DNA of 64,000 nucleotides from Candidatus Poribacteria bacterium (GTDB lineage Bacteria; Poribacteria; WGA-4E; WGA-3G): NCBI GenBank assembly GCA_022394775.1, contig JAGFCB010000030.1, positions 18,852 to 82,851 of the forward strand, read 5' to 3'. Shown piece by piece: positions 63,768 to 64,000 of this stretch (position 1 is its first letter; each line of letters starts with the position of its first letter). The notes under the pieces were generated by a model. It saw only the letters and a program-made list of their open reading frames with translations, ran no database searches and was not told where the DNA came from. The position numbers and the translations under genes were made by a program.

Positions 63768-64000
63768 ATGAAGAATCGAAAGAAATGGATTATCATCGGG
63801 GTAGTCGCCGTAGTTGTTATTGCCGCTGGGGCAATCGGTGCTACCCGTATGAATTTCAGTTTCGGTCAAGATAAGAAGGAAACGGAGGCCAAACAGGAAG
63901 TCGTCCGCAGGGGTGAATTCGTTGTGCGTGTACGTGAGTCTGGTAACCTCCGATCTTTTATAGAGGTGGATGTTCGCTCAAACGTGGAAGGTGAGATCGT
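63768..64000 (+). CDS. efflux periplasmic adaptor (HlyD/MacA-like), 5' partial that runs off the window
   Basis: The ATG at 63768 lies 1 nt after the TolC stop codon. A TM anchor WIIIGVVAVVVIAAG is followed by VRRGEFVVRVRESGNL...VEGEI. Confidence 0.7.
   Translation, partial: MKNRKKWIIIGVVAVVVIAAGAIGATRMNFSFGQDKKETEAKQEVVRRGEFVVRVRESGNLRSFIEVDVRSNVEGEI

Overview
This 64-kb window looks like chromosomal DNA from an uncultivated diderm bacterium. It encodes a secretin, a TolC-like channel and a TonB-dependent receptor. Many intergenic regions carry near-consensus TTGACA-17-TATAAT promoters, and GGAG-type ribosome-binding sites are common. All protein calls come from motifs I recognise in the supplied translations; no searches were run.

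The centrepiece is an 11-gene type II secretion (T2SS) cluster at 24.97-39.4 kb: gspE, an embedded cargo gene, gspF, gspG, four minor pseudopilins, a PilM/PilN-like fusion, a large acidic membrane protein and a 974-aa secretin. Three signal-peptide proteins, one inside the operon and two directly after the secretin, share a short C-terminal tail (KL-x-x-x-W-[GA]-x-[LI]-K-[QR]). I cannot assign this tail to any sorting signal I know, and it is my best candidate for something undescribed.

Other content:
- tRNA-Asn with duplicated promoters.
- Two rhodanese genes.
- A PhyH-like dioxygenase and a ThDP enzyme.
- ABC transporter components.
- A metzincin-ankyrin fusion behind a perfect sigma54 promoter.
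- One decayed and one intact Rpn/YhgA-like nuclease gene.
- An SGNH hydrolase, an FGE-sulfatase lipoprotein (frameshifted) and a metallophosphoesterase.
- A PIN-like toxin fused to its usual partner.
- A WD40-cohesin-dockerin-CTD protein.
- gmhA.
- A DUF4212 gene plus a sodium/solute symporter (frameshifted).
- A HEAT-repeat protein.
- A class II terpene cyclase plus GT2 operon.
- A glpK, histidine kinase and sigma54-activator operon.
- An S55-like peptidase plus a propeller-repeat protein.
- bioA and truD.
- A ferredoxin-membrane-Hsp20-like fusion.
- The start of a TolC/adaptor efflux operon.

A dispersed family of small inverted-repeat elements (ends AGGACTTACGCA / TGCGTAAGTCCT) occurs four times, twice inside operons. 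No CRISPR array, rRNA, integrase or prophage was seen.
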